A stretch of 64,000 nucleotides of DNA from Takakia lepidozioides. Its lineage: Eukaryota; Plantae; Bryophyta. The stretch is from assembly GCA_030704615.1 (NCBI GenBank), contig CM060733.1, forward strand, positions 69,874,001 to 69,938,000. The letters run 5' to 3'. Positions within the stretch are counted from its first letter, which is position 1; the number at the start of each line of letters is the position of its first letter. A program made the position numbers and the translations under genes. Shown here in pieces: positions 50,870 through 63,839 of the stretch. Under the pieces are notes generated by a model that was not told the origin of the DNA, made no database searches, and saw only the letters and a list, made by a program, of their open reading frames with translations.

Positions 50870-52380
50870 TCAAATCATCCCCACTCCTCCGCCCGTTGCC
50901 CCGCCCCCGCCCGCCTGGGACCCCTGACCCCCGCCCCACCGCTGCCGCGCGGCGCCCATCTCCACCCCCGATCTCCAGCCACATGGCGGCCCCCCGCTGT
51001 GGATCCCCTCATTGGGTTGATCCCCCTTCCAATGTCGGAGTGATCCCTCACCCCCATCCCCAGCCACGTGGCGCTACCCCGAACCATCGATCCCCTCCCC
51101 ATCCATCCAACCTCAATTGAATGGATGACGGCCGGTTAAAGGTCCCATGACGCCCCATCGCCACGTGGCGCTCCCGCCGTCGTCGATCCCCTCCTCCCAT
51201 CCACGGCGCGCTCCCCCGAGACGTCGCCGCTCCCCCCCCGACACGCCTTGATCCCCCTTCCGGACCGGGAGTGATCCCCCAACCCCAATCGCCCGCCACG
51301 TGCGGCTCCCCCGGACCATCGATCCCCTGCGCATCCATCGGACCTCACAAACAGTGGATGTTGTGTGTCATCCGCCCCTCATCCCCCGCCATCCTCCCGC
51401 TCCCCCTGCCGTCGATCCCCTCTTCCCATCGATGGCCCGATCTCCCGACACGTCGCCCCCCCCCCCCCTCCGTTGATCCCCGTCCAATGCGGTGGCTGAT
51501 CCCCCTCCACCCATCGGACGGCACGTGGCGCTCCCCCCACCGCCGATCCCTCTTCCATCCCCACGCGCGATCCCCCGACACGTCGCCCGCTCCCCCGACC
51601 TGGCTTGATCCCCACTCCGGACCTGCAGTGATCCCCCACCCCTAATCGCCCGCCACGTGCTGCTCCCCCGAACCGTCGATCCCCTGCTCATCCATCCAAC
51701 CTCAAAACAATGGATGTTCTGGGTCCTCCGCCCCTCATCCCCCGCCATCCTCCCGCACAGTGGATGGACGACGGCCGGATGAAGGCCCCATGGCACGCCC
51801 ACCGCCACGTGGCGCTCCCCCTGCCGTCGATCCCCTCATCCCATCGGGCGCGATCCCCCGTGCCATCGCCGGGTCCCCCCCCCCCATCCAATTTGGTCAC
51901 TGGTCCCCCTCCAGCCATCGGCCGCCACGTGGTGCTCCCAAGAACCGAGGATCCCCTGCGCATCCATCCAACTTCAAAACTGGGTCATCCGCGGTCCCCT
52001 GGCATTCGATCTCGTCCTCCCATCCAGGTGGCGATCCCCCGGGCCGCTCCCCCCCCCGCCTCGGTTGATGCCCCGTCCAAACCTGGAATTGATCCCCCTC
52101 TCTTCTTCTACCACCACGTGGTGGTCTCCGTAGCCATCGATCCCCTTGTCCCATCCACGACCCAATCCCCCGAGCCACGCGCCCCCCCCCCCCGCCTCTA
52201 GTTGATCCCCCGCCGCCGCCATGCCACGTGTCTTCCCACCCTTGACCCCCCCCCCCCCCCCCGCGCGTCAACGGCGGAACAGGTGATCATTCCTCCCCAT
52301 GGCGGTCCCCTCTCCGTTGATCCCCACACCACCTGGACTGATCCCCCATCCTTCCGCTCCCCCCCTTCCACGTGTCAAAT
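50870..52380. repeat. C-rich degenerate tandem-repeat region with many gatcccc and ccacgtgg motifs
   Basis: Strong C/G strand skew with partially repeated blocks (e.g. ~51105-51330 vs ~51690-51970). Lies upstream of the MULE-like ORF. Confidence 0.75.
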
Positions 52381-52640
52381 GTCAGGACTGTTTGCACGTG
52401 GCTATCATTCTGTTCATCTATGTCGTCCTCCCCCATCCAATGGCCATGCACGTCCCCCGCCATTTTGGTCTGTCACATGAACGGTGTGGATGTATTGAAA
52501 TTTAGGGTTTCCGGCTGCTCGCAAATTTGATCCTCTTTGCGCGCGTGTATGCTGCGCGTGTAGTTTGCTGCTGTGTACTATTTTTGCAGGACGCGTGTGG
52601 TCTGCAGATGTGTACTGTTCCTGCAGGGGTGCCGGGCATC

Positions 52641-53870
52641 ATGACTGGATCTTCGGAGTTGCGCACGTCATTTCTTCTATCACAGCTGCGTGGCACATTG
52701 CAAATCCCCCCCGGATGGTTCCTTCAACCACAGGTCGCTTATATGTTCCAACTATTTCAAGTGGAGGTGGACATCGTGTATATATGGATGTTGCGGTCAT
52801 TCCTTGGAGCAGGATCGATGATTTTGTGAGAGGGGAGGAAGAAAGGGCAGAGGCGCCCACTCACTTCAACAGAACGGTGCCTAAAAAGGGAAAGCATGAG
52901 GAGGGCGAGCTCTTAGCTCCAAGGGCCAATAGTTGCTCTGTTGTGATAAAGTCCGCCTTCACCTTTGTGGTTTCTGGATGGTCTCTATGTGTTCTTTGTA
53001 ATGGCATGCTGCTTGTTTGCATTGTTTGCTCTTCTATTGTGTCAAAATGCTATGCTCTCTTGCTCCGAGTATTCCACTCCGCCGACATAGTTCTCATCAT
53101 TGTTCAGGTTCCATTGTTCTTATGGACCTGAGGACAAGCGCACAAATGTAATACCTATCAATAAAAATTCTTTGAAGAGAAGGAACGGCAGGAGAGGGTG
53201 TGTGCTGGATGCTTCATCGCCTTCTTACAACAACCACAAAGGGCCGAGACGGAAGAAAGTCGTTCAGGGAGAGTCCATCAAGAGGGGTTGCCTCTGTCAG
53301 TTTAGGATTGGACGATGCTACCTGGATCCTTCTCTTGCTGTCATAACATACTACAACAAAAACCATGTTGATGGATGTGACAAGGTCTGCCATGGCCACA
53401 TTGACCCGACTTCAAGTAACACCCGTTTCGCGCACGCACCTCACCTTAGTGAAGAGGTTAAGATGTGGATAACTAATAGCATACGTGCTGGGTTGTCGCC
53501 TGCTGAAATCATGGCCCAACATGAACAACAGGTATTTGACAGCAAGGTCAATGGAGAGAAGTGGTGTCGTGATGATGTTGTGCTTGAGCATGACATTAGA
53601 AACATCATGGACAAGCTGGCATGTGAGACTTTCAAGCGACATAAGGACGAGGGGACCAGTCTGAAGATGTGGAAGGAGGCCCAACCCCAGAGTGTTTTCT
53701 TCTATCAAGAGGACACGCCCGATGCCCCTGCTGGAGGAACACGGCGCGGCAATATTGACCTCAAATTTGCCATTGGCATTCAAACAAAATTTCAGAAAAA
53801 ATCAATGCTCCAAATGGGTGACAAACGTATCGTCTCTTGTGATGTGACCTTCGGAACGAATGAACACAAG
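52641..53870 (+). mobile_element. Truncated MULE/SWIM-family transposase-like gene (N-terminal half, two exons)
   Basis: VAVIPWSRIDDFVRGE, CSYGPED, KRGCLCQF, HVD...CHG, APHLSEE, RDD, VFFYQE, FAIGIQTKFQ, SCDVTFGTN resemble the plant SWIM-finger/MULE-derived family. It stops after the first catalytic D. Intron at ~52951-53107. Confidence 0.75.
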
Positions 53871-54994
53871 GTGTGTGGAATCGACGGCGTGGACTCCTGG
53901 GAGCATGAGAGCATAGCATCTTTCACTGTGAAGGGGATCCGTGGGGAGCATGGATGCCTCGGCGTGAGCCTGGTGGCGTGAGCGCGTGAGCGCGTGGACG
54001 TCTTGAACGAACGCCATGTCACCGGGCTCACTCCACGTCATCGAGCTTAAAAGCCACGTCAACGCGCGCCAATTAAGAAGCAGACTGTATTTCCACGGAA
54101 GAGCACCCTCAACCGCGGAAACAAGTTCGACGAAATAATAAAAGGATGTGGTCATCCCCACCTGAAAGCAACAATTGAATGCAGGATGGATGAATGTAGA
54201 GTGGATGAGAAATATATGGATATGTGGGAACAATGCAAGCAAATGGATGAATGTGGGATGGATGTTGAATGGTGGAAAACATTCTTGAATGGAGGATGCA
54301 TCAATACACAATAGATGAATGCACAATGGATATGACATGAGTGTGAGGGGTTGAGGGGATGGATTCATGAAGATTGACATTTGAATCCGAGTAGATTGTT
54401 TGAATCACCTTTTTTTCTGCCGGAACAAATGCAATGAGGCAAGGGAATTCAATGAGTTCCGAATAGGATATAAATTGAACAAAATAAATCCTTTTCCGTC
54501 TCTTTCTCCTTCGCCTTCTCCTTCCCCTTAGCCTTCTCCTTCTCTTTGTCCTTAGGCTTCCCAAGTGACTTGGCTACTACCTCCGGAGCCTTGGATCTTT
54601 CCCCTTTCGACCCGCCTTCCTGCCTTTTTGTGGAGTTGTCTGCGCGTTTGGCTCTTTGGCGGCCAATGAAGCTATGTTCCTCTGGTACTCTTTGTCGTTC
54701 AAAGGTGCCATCATCTCCGCATGGTTGATCATATACTTCATTTGCTGCTCTTGAAATGTCGTGTGCTCTGGAGGGCAGTCGAGGTACCACCCACAGTCCC
54801 TGAAGTGGGCAGGACTCCAGTCCCTCAAGATACTAGCTGTGTACATGGTGGGATCGTTAGCAGGATCGGACCACATGTCCAGGTAATCTGGGATTCCACT
54901 CAGATGTTTTCCTTCCATCAACACATATTTAGTGTACCTGCGGAGGCTCAAAATAACACCATCCCCCAAAACAAGATATCAGAAACCAGAAGAA

Positions 54995-57900
54995 AGTGAT
55001 GATCGGTGGCGATCATCACTTTCACATGAGAGAGAATGCAACATGGGTTGGAAAATCCTTATGATTATGTAGACTGCACAAATAGGAAATGTGATGGTCG
55101 GAACCGACCATCACTTCATTCATCAGAAACAGACTGCCTATGATAACAGAGGCAGGATTAAGGATGGAAACAAAGACATGATCAGCAGTGACAACTGTTT
55201 GACTGGAGAATATCATAGCAGTGGATGTGATGATCGGTACCGACCATCACCAAACTGATGTGTAGCAGAAAAGAAATTCAAAGCTTCTCTCAATGAGGCA
55301 TGACAAAAGTTTAAAGAATGTGCTGGATAGGCATATGGCACTGCACCTGTAAACAACACGCATCATCGCCCACTCCCCTCCAACTTGATATGTTGCCATC
55401 CTTGGAGAACTCTCGGAAGAAACAGTACCGCCACGTGAGACCTTTCCACTTTCTAATGTACGCCTCCAAGGTCATCTGTGGTGGTGAGACCATCGAAATA
55501 TTCAAGTCCTTCAAATTCTGCTCCAGGACAAGAATGGCGTTTCTCCAGCTGCAATGGGAACATGTATCAGAATTGCGCATGACAAAGCTATAGGATATTT
55601 CATATACAACAGGTACTTGAATCCACAAATACCTGACTCCAAAATGTGGCCTTGTGAAGCCACTGATCAAAACAAATATCACTTATTCCCTCGACCTTGG
55701 TGCCAGGCTGGATTGTGCTTTTTGGGAACTGATTCAGATCCTTCACCGTCTGATCCGAGTTCCAAATCTCAAGCCATCTCACTTTTGTCTAGTTGTCAAC
55801 CATAGAGAGAGCCATCCTGTGCAATTTCTCCTGTTGCATCTCTGGATGTACATGCTTGTCGTAGTGGGATTTGATTTGGAGAAGGAACTCCTCCCCAAGT
55901 CCGGGATCCACTATTCTCAATTGCTTCAGGAAGGCCGACATCAGCTTCGTTCTCCTTATCTCGTACTCCTTCTTTATGGCTGTTCCAACTCCTTTAGCAG
56001 TCCTCAACTCTTCTGCTGTAGTGCGGTAGTACTCAGATTTCCCCCTCTCGGCGGCCTCTGCCAGTTCTTGCTGCAAGTATCAACGATTGGATTAGCAAAC
56101 ATACAATTGCAAATTTGTATGTAATAACATAGGAAGAAGTGGTTTGGGCCATACCGCATACATGTACTCCAAAAATGCATCTCGGGTCAACGAGTACCAG
56201 GTCCCTGCAGATCTTCCTGTTTCGCACTTCTTGATGACATCAGGATGTAGCACTATGCGGAACTCATCAAGCTTCATCAAACCAATTCTCTGAATGCGGA
56301 ATAGTGTGTGGACCAAGCTCGTAGTAACATGTGATTTCTCTGTCGATCTACAAACAGGGAATACACATTGCATACGTAAGAAATATTTAACGTTTGGACT
56401 TGAAATGCGCACAACATGCAATTTGAAAGGCTATGGGTTTGTGAGGAAGTCCTACTTGTTCACGTTATGCATAGCTGTCTAAAGTGTGGCGATGTCGTTC
56501 CCAGGATCCAGAACCATTGCCTCCACAACACAATGCTTGTCCTTGTCTTTTGAATGGTGTTTCACATTGTACCCCATCCAAGCTAGCAAGCGATGGTTCC
56601 CGTCCCAGACATAGAACATGTGGTTGCAGAACTACTAGGTGTTATGTCCAAGTAGCAGAGAGTCTTCGAACTCGTCATTCACATCCTTCCAGCAATCATC
56701 CCAGTTGTCCGTAATCTCTGGGCTTACTTTTGTGCTGTGACCATTAGTATCCTTCAGTGAGACGTAAAAAACTTGTGCACCCATTCTATACCCGTGCACA
56801 AAATCTGTTTCCAACTTGGTAATGTCATGCGAAAGTGGAGGACGAACAACAGGCATGGAGATCATCCGGCAAAGAGGGATTTCAAGACGTCCTCCAGAGA
56901 CGATCATGTCCCTAATAACCTCCTGGGAATTTACCTTTTGATATGACATAAGTTGTTTCACCTTGTCAAGGTAGTGCAATTCAGGCTCGTCAGTGTCTTC
57001 GCTGTTCTCAGAACTCTTTGTGGAGTCGTCCCCTTCTCCAGAGCCCTTTGCATCTGTTTCTGCCTGCTTGGACTTTACATTCTTCTGCATACCCAAAACC
57101 GCCACAACAGCAACATTCAACTGGTGTTCAGGAAAACAGACATTTTAACACAGTGACGATCGGTACCGACCATCACTTTGTCTTCTAACAAATGAATGGA
57201 AATCCTACTTGGTTTCCCAATGCACCTTGACTCCGTTCTCACTAGACTGCGATGATCGGCGACCATCAGGATGATGCAAGAGATGGTCGGTACCGCACAT
57301 GACCACACGACATCATTGGGATGCAAACACCCATGAGGTCTAAATGTGATGGTCGGCACCGATCATCACTAGAAGTCAGAACCCATTCTATCACTCATTG
57401 AACTTGATGTCCTCTTTTGGATTCTGGTGCATTGCCAATCTGTTCAAAAAGTGATGGTCGGTACCGATCATCACAATCAGACTGCCTTGGGAAGCACAAC
57501 CCATGAGGTCTAAATGTGATGGTCGGCACCGATCATCACTATAAGTCAGAATCCCCTCTATCACACATTGAACTTGATGTCCTCTCTTGGATTCTGGTGC
57601 ATTGCCAATCTGTTCAAAAAGTGATGATCGGTACCGATCATCACAATCAGATTGCATTAGGAAGCGAACCCCATGACGTCTGAGTGTGATGGTCGGCACT
57701 GATCATCACTCTTAGTCAGAATCCCTTCTTTCACCCACTGTACTTGGTCTCCTTTTATGGATTCTGGTGTATTGCCAAACCGTTCAAACAGTGATGGTCG
57801 GTACCGATCATCACAATCAGACTGCCTTGGGAAGCACAACCCATGAGGTCTGGAGATGATGGTCGGCACTGATCATCACTTCACAAAGAATTCTGCATTT

Positions 57901-58482
57901 CATTGTATGAGATATAGAGCATAGAAATGGACTTGTAGGCGATGGTCGACACCGACCATCACTTTTCTGTTTCTCCAATTCCAAATATGAAGTTGAATGG
58001 ACATTTCTCCACCTAAAGAATTTCGTTGTACAAAGGCTTCCAGTGCGAGAAATGATTTTGGGTTAACATGCAGTCATTGCCGAAAGTGATGATCGGTACC
58101 GACCATCACTATTTAAGTGCCAAGGGATGCACAAACAATGGGAGCTGAATGTGATGGTCGGTACCGATCATCACTTTCCTGAACAACCACGCCATTTCTA
58201 AACTGTTCTGAACAAGAAGGGAATGGACCTCAAAGCGATGATCGGTAACGATCATCGCTTCGACGTCATTGCAAGATGCGTCTTTAGTTCCTTGTCACTC
58301 TTGAATCACAATGAACATCGCATTCTTTGCTTAAATAAAGCAATGGCGAAGGTGATGGTCGGCACCGATCATCACTTTTGCCTTGATACATATTCTTTCC
58401 TGCCTGCCTGACTTCCTGAATCTGCTGAAATAAGACACCAACTACATTCTTCTGTAAAGCGATCATCGCCACCGATCATCGC
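54995..58482. repeat. Dispersed 24-bp palindrome gtgatggtcggtaccgatcatcac, about 19 copies
   Basis: Copies at 54996, 55091, 55227, 57153, ~57249, ~57281 (partial), 57346, 57451, 57516, 57621, 57686, 57791, 57856, 57939, 58086, 58151, 58235, 58352 and 58459. Confidence 0.92.
57330..57880. repeat. 170-bp tandem repeat (about 3.2 units), two palindromes per unit
   Basis: Palindrome starts at 57346/57516/57686/57856 and 57451/57621/57791; intervening sequences are homologous. Confidence 0.92.
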
Positions 58483-59737
58483 TTTTCTCACATCGGGGGA
58501 CTATCAGTAAAGAGGGAGAAGTGCGTTTGAGAGAACTTACGGATCCCTTCGCCTTCTTCGGCTTCGTGGCTGCATCGCTCGGATCGCCCTCTGCAGCTTT
58601 CCTCTTCCTTTTTCCATCGGTCTGAACATAAGAAAAAACAATGTATTGATCCCACATGGAATGGAAAACATCAAGACTAATGATAACAGTATTATGCGGA
58701 TATTGAATGATCACCATTTCTGTCTGATGTACGGCTGGCACTGTTTGGTTACCTACGCTCACTGCTCCAGCCGTCGCTGCGACTGCGGCGACCTCACTCT
58801 CACTTCCTACATGCTCTTCTGCTTGATCTGTCTCCAAGTTCACATGCTGCCTAAGCGCTGCACCATCTTGCATGCGACGCCTCGTCATTTGCTCTCTTGA
58901 TCTCAGCCTCTCTCTAACCGATGTAAAATACAATGATTTCCTCCTCTTCCAAACCGAACAAGGAACCCTCTCCAGCTTGACTTCATCTCTTCCTCTAAGA
59001 AACAAGAATGATGAACAGACTTGCTTTCTTCCGAGGTCCCTTCGTTTTGGAAGTGTCCCTGGAACCGTTCGATTCCCTCTTGCATGTCCAATACTTGAAC
59101 GTACGTGACAGTGAAAATAACGTAACCTATTTGGGACAGCTGTTCCTTTGCGTGGTTGTTTTGGGTTCTTGGCGTGTGCAAACATAAATTTGACATGTGT
59201 CTTTTTGTGATGGCTTCATTAATATCACCGTTGGACGTCATGGATGAGAATTCTCGAAGTACTTGCCATGAGGCCTATTTAGGATTTAACGGAATATGTG
59301 TACGTGGAGAGTTCTGGGCCCAGGGATTGCATGATCTTGAAACCATCCACATGATCAGACATACTGGATATAGACATGGCCTGACAAATGAAGTAATTAC
59401 TTCAATTCTCTTCCCATCATCCTTGCATGGGGTCCTCAGGCTGTCTTCAAGGAAGTCGGCGGGTCTTTATTGTTTTGGGGAGACCCCCACAACTAGATGG
59501 ATTATCTGTCAGCATTGCTCAGAAGACAATACAGACTGCATGTCACATACGTTAATTTGACGGTGACTTGTCAGGAACCGTCCCACATTGATTAGATGGA
59601 ATATCATAATATGCACAATCTTCAAGGAACGGTGCTTCCGCCTCATTTCATGTGCAACCAGTGTGTTGCATAGCTGAATCATCTGATTTCGCAAAGGAGC
59701 AGCTGAGGAAAGAGAACCCCCCGCTCGGGGACGTAAC

Positions 59738-60307
59738 ATGGCTTCCTCCGAAGCAGAGTTTTATTCTGACGACAAACCAATGCCTTTCTCCAAAGAAGCA
59801 CTTGACAATGGATTCGCGATTGTGATGGAACATGTCCTGGCTACCCGGTTTGAACTTTTGAATGGGTCCATCTTCTTGGAGAAAGAGGTGTACGATTTCG
59901 ACGGGAAGTTGTTGAAATACTCTTTTCAAAATTGTGATGAGACGGCTCAAGTGAGCCAGTGGAGAGTGCGCCCTGGTAGATACAGAGTACTTGGAGAGCC
60001 TCGGAGAAAGTCCCTTGGATCATATGTGACGCCCGGGACTGCTGCTTCAGTCGTTGAAGACAAAAGGGAGGTGGTGGTGAAAAAAGAAGAAACGTGCTCA
60101 ACTCCAATCGTTGAGCTTTCGGATTCGTCCAATGATGATATTAGTGAAATTCCAACTCCAGTCCTTTGTACTGTAGTTGTGGAAGCAGATGAATAAGACA
60201 TCTGTAGTGTCATTCCAAAACTACGGGCGATGGGAGGAATGGCAGGTTTCAAAAGTGAGTTGCAGGGAATTGATTGGGAAGCTTTGAAGCAGGTGCCTGC
60301 GAAGTTC
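59738..60307 (+). pseudogene. 5' part of an unidentified, probably TE-encoded ORF, cut by the retrotransposon fragment
   Basis: 152-aa ATG-initiated ORF that continues in frame past one stop (DICSVIPKLRAMG...IDWEAL) up to the junction at 60308. Divergent from the ParB-like gene. Confidence 0.4.
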
Positions 60308-60633
60308 CTGCAAATCACACCAGCTGTCGAACTCCTGGATAAAGTCATCCAACTCGATTGTGCCCACAGTTCCAGAGTACCTACGAGGCCCTTGGTAGCT
60401 CCATACATCTCCTCCATGTCGTCCCACAACAATGGCGAATGAAACTGCACACCTGTTGATGAAGCCTCCGAGTCTGTGTCTGACTCTGCACTAGTTGAGG
60501 ATGGAGGTGAAGGTGGTCTGAAACAAACACCTCGTCTGGTGAACCCACTCTCACTGCTACTGCCTGTAGCCGTACTCCCCTCAGAACCCCTGGGTAACTC
60601 CGTGATGACACTCACAATGTGCACCTCCCCCAC
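60308..60633 (-). mobile_element. Gag N-terminus of a diverged relative of the 32642-43706 element
   Basis: GFTRRGVCFRPPSPP...PLLWDDMEEMYGATKG-PRRYSGTVGTIELDDFIQEFDSWCDLQ, truncated at 60308. Confidence 0.9.
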
Positions 60634-63600
60634 GTGACACTATAAGGCTCTATTACTAATTCTAATAGTGACACGGGTAGGCACCTGTTGCAGTTTAAGG
60701 GTCATATCCCAGTGGCTCAGGGCACCTGCACCTGCATCCACCGCAAGAACTCCTATGGTTGGCTGGTCATCAACCCAGTCTCATCATAGAAGAAACACTG
60801 TGGTCTTGCTGGTCATCACTCCAGCCTCACCACCGACAACATACTCTAGGATTGACCGGTGATCAAATCCGGCCTAATCCCTATGAAAGCAAGCCCCCAC
60901 ACAAAACCAACATGGCGCACAGTTAAGCATGCAGGTGTTTGGGGGGATCCAAACACAAGAAATCAAAACATCAACACCCCCACACCAAAATCCATCTGCA
61001 GTGCTGACCTGCAAAATATCCCAGCCCAAAACCCCGGACTGACTGGCCTCCACCAAGAGAGGCTTTGGCAACTACAAGTACAAGGTAATGAAAATAGTAC
61101 AGAGATGGAGGGGAAGAATAGAAGCCCGACCAAGCAAGATAATCCTGATCTATGCTATCAATTGCCAGACTTCTCTCAAAGTGCCTCGCTCTGCATGATG
61201 GTAAGGTGTAGGAGGTATATCTATGTCCAGAAACCTGCCACTAACCTTGTCCCAAGCTACAGTAGCTCGCTCTTACCAACCCTCCTCCTCTTTCTGCTTG
61301 GTAGAAACAAAGCAATACTCCCCTATCTCCCGCTCACTGAACACTAAAGAAAACAAAGGTAGGGTCTGATAGTCTCTCAACTCGAAAGCTTTGGGACGGT
61401 TGCGGGTGTCCTCATTGCGAATGACTACATCTCCTTCAAACATAACAAAATTGTCCTCGCTAATGAACCCCCGCTCATGGTTGCCTTGTGGAGAGTGTGT
61501 CCGGCTGCAACGCTGTCTGATTGCACAAACTTGTGTAGCTCCTGCTCCTACTCCAATACACACGGGCCTTGTGGCTGAACACCTTGGTTCCCGGGGCGGG
61601 GCTTTGGCTGTGTTCCAAGCCTAGCTTTCACCCACTTTGGTATTCCACCTAAAGCTGCAGAACTGCTGGCTCCAACAGGGTTCTGACTGTCCAAAGCAAT
61701 ATTGAGGCCCTCAACGCCAACTACAGCAGTTTGTTGTCCACTGCTAATGTCTGACTCCCAGTATGCAATCAACTCGTCCAACTGTTCTCCACTCAAATCA
61801 GTCTGAGTTCCTTGGGAAACATAAATCTTGTCCCCTTGGGTGCACAGGCTAAGAGAAGAGACCTGCCCTTCAATTACGTCCTCGTTTCCCCCAGCCATAC
61901 AAGGAGTACATCCCAGATTTATCTCTCATGTAGACCAGAACAGGTTCTAGAAACAGGATTGTGGATCTTTCATGGCACACACTCACATTCTAAAAATTCC
62001 ATAGATTTTTAGCAGAGTCCCAAAAACAAAAACCAAATCTAGATAGGTAGATTTCCCCTTTCTGTAGGTCCCTGCGCAAGTTTTGGGTCCAACGGCCTTG
62101 GTAGGCCAAAGTTATGGCCAAACAGGCTCTATCTAATTGAAATTAGATCAAATAACGATTTTTTTTAAAAAAAAATACTTGTCTTGGTTCCTGTTCCCTG
62201 GTTATCTACGGGTTCCCGAGGCCATTCCCTCGCTGTGAGCACACTGCCCATTTCCGAGCGCACTCCACAGCAGCAGTCTTCCGTGAGAGAGAGAGAGAGA
62301 GAGAGCGGGAACAACAACAGCACAGGGCATCACCGCGTCCTTGGCATCAGCGGCATGGGGGCATCTCCTATTTGAGGTATTCAAATTGACCTAACCCTGA
62401 TCTTCACAAACCGCAGTCCATCAGCGTTGGTTGTCAACAGAACCTGATCAATCATGCCACTTTCACTGTGGCGCAAGCATGTGCTCTGGTCACGCTTGGT
62501 GTAGCGTTGTGCTTGACTGGCATTGTCATCCTCCACATGTTCATATCATGCCTGCGATCACCACCCAAGTCGACCCCAACCAGTATTGACAGTGAGTGCA
62601 ACTCGGTTGTTCTCCACACGCTCCATCATGCCTGCGATCAGCTTCCACACAAGGTGGTCCATTTCCGATGCCTGACCTCCGCCCTCAATGTAGATGATAT
62701 GACTCTTAACTCCCCAAATGTATGGGCCTGAGCAGCTCTCCAGCTATCCATTTCACTCCAGGCACTTTGTATTCATCCTAGGGACTAGTGCAGATATCAG
62801 CATTCACAGCTTGCCAGCCCCTCCCTTGCGAACTGCGTTATCAACTCATGCCAGCGCTGCTCCATACTGCACGGTAGAGCTTTCTTGTGAAGGATCTTGA
62901 AATAAACCTGGCAGGTTTGAATCTTTCTTACAGTAGTCACATTGTAACAGAGCCATCAAGCAACAAATTGCAGTGGCAGTCGTTTACTGGATCCTCGCAA
63001 CAACCTTCCTTGCATGATTCTTTACCTAGTTGGTTCACATTAGCAAATGAATCAACATCTTCATCTCGTCAAGTGGTTGGAATGCCTGAGCGGTCACTGC
63101 CCATCAATCAAACTCAGACGGAGGTTTGCTTGGTCTGCAAGGACACTATTTGTCAGTAGGTGTTTGCCCCAAACAGCCAGAGCTACAGCAGGTCTGCACA
63201 CCCAGCCCGCAGGTGGAGCAAGACTGCAAGATATTTGGGTTCACGTTGACAAACAAGCGGACATGGCCAGTCTCCAGTCCCCAGATCACTCAAGGTGAGG
63301 ATTTTGAAAGCTCAGGGCATTGCCCAGTGGCAGAAATAGCTAAGCCTTCTACCTATGGCAGCTTGGGGACAAGAGCATCACTTGTCATGGTTGAGCTTAA
63401 CGGGATCACACCACCACCTCAAGGGCCCAGCGAGTGCTGCCGCGGTCGGTTTCCTTGCATGTGATAGTATCGCGCAGCTGGTGGGTGCACTAAAGATTTC
63501 AATGAAAGAGCACAGAAAGCAACACTTGAGGCTTTGTTCCTACTACGTCAAGCCTCCAATCTGCCGAGGTGGGAAAAGCAAGCATGGCAGCGGCAGAAGC

Positions 63601-63839
63601 CATCCCTATGCTGCAACTGTTGATGAGGACATGCCCCCCACGCTTTCAGAACAAGGCAGACAGCCTGCTGCAGTGCCTGCCCAGGAGGAGAATATTGTTG
63701 GTTTTGAACAGAACACTTCGAGTGGTTCCTGCCTTCCTGTTATGCTCCACTAGGCACACATAGCCAGTCTACCTACAGGCTCTCGTAACCAAGCTATATT
63801 ATAATAGTGCTTAAAAACAGGAACGTCACATCTAGCTTA

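Larger units (their letters stand above)
54520..58900 (-). pseudogene. Multi-exon TE-associated gene with a ParB/Srx-like DGNHR motif, disrupted
   Basis: EIPLCRMISMPVVRP...KLETDFVHGYR...FYVS (57000-56750), then MFYVWDGNHRLLAW (56620-56579). Further exons at ~56350-56155, 56076-55340 and 54940-54520, plus a basic KRKRK exon near 58600. Contains in-frame stops and frameshifts. Confidence 0.6.

Noticed and set aside
50748-52480. Many Gly/Pro/Arg-rich ORFs
   Set aside because: Artefacts of stop-poor GC-rich repeats.
52501-52510. Telomere-like tttagggttt
   Set aside because: Single unit, a common telo-box-like motif, not an array.
57150-58480. CRISPR-like array of palindromic repeats with spacers
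   Set aside because: Eukaryotic context, irregular spacing, spacers are themselves tandem-duplicated, and no cas genes.
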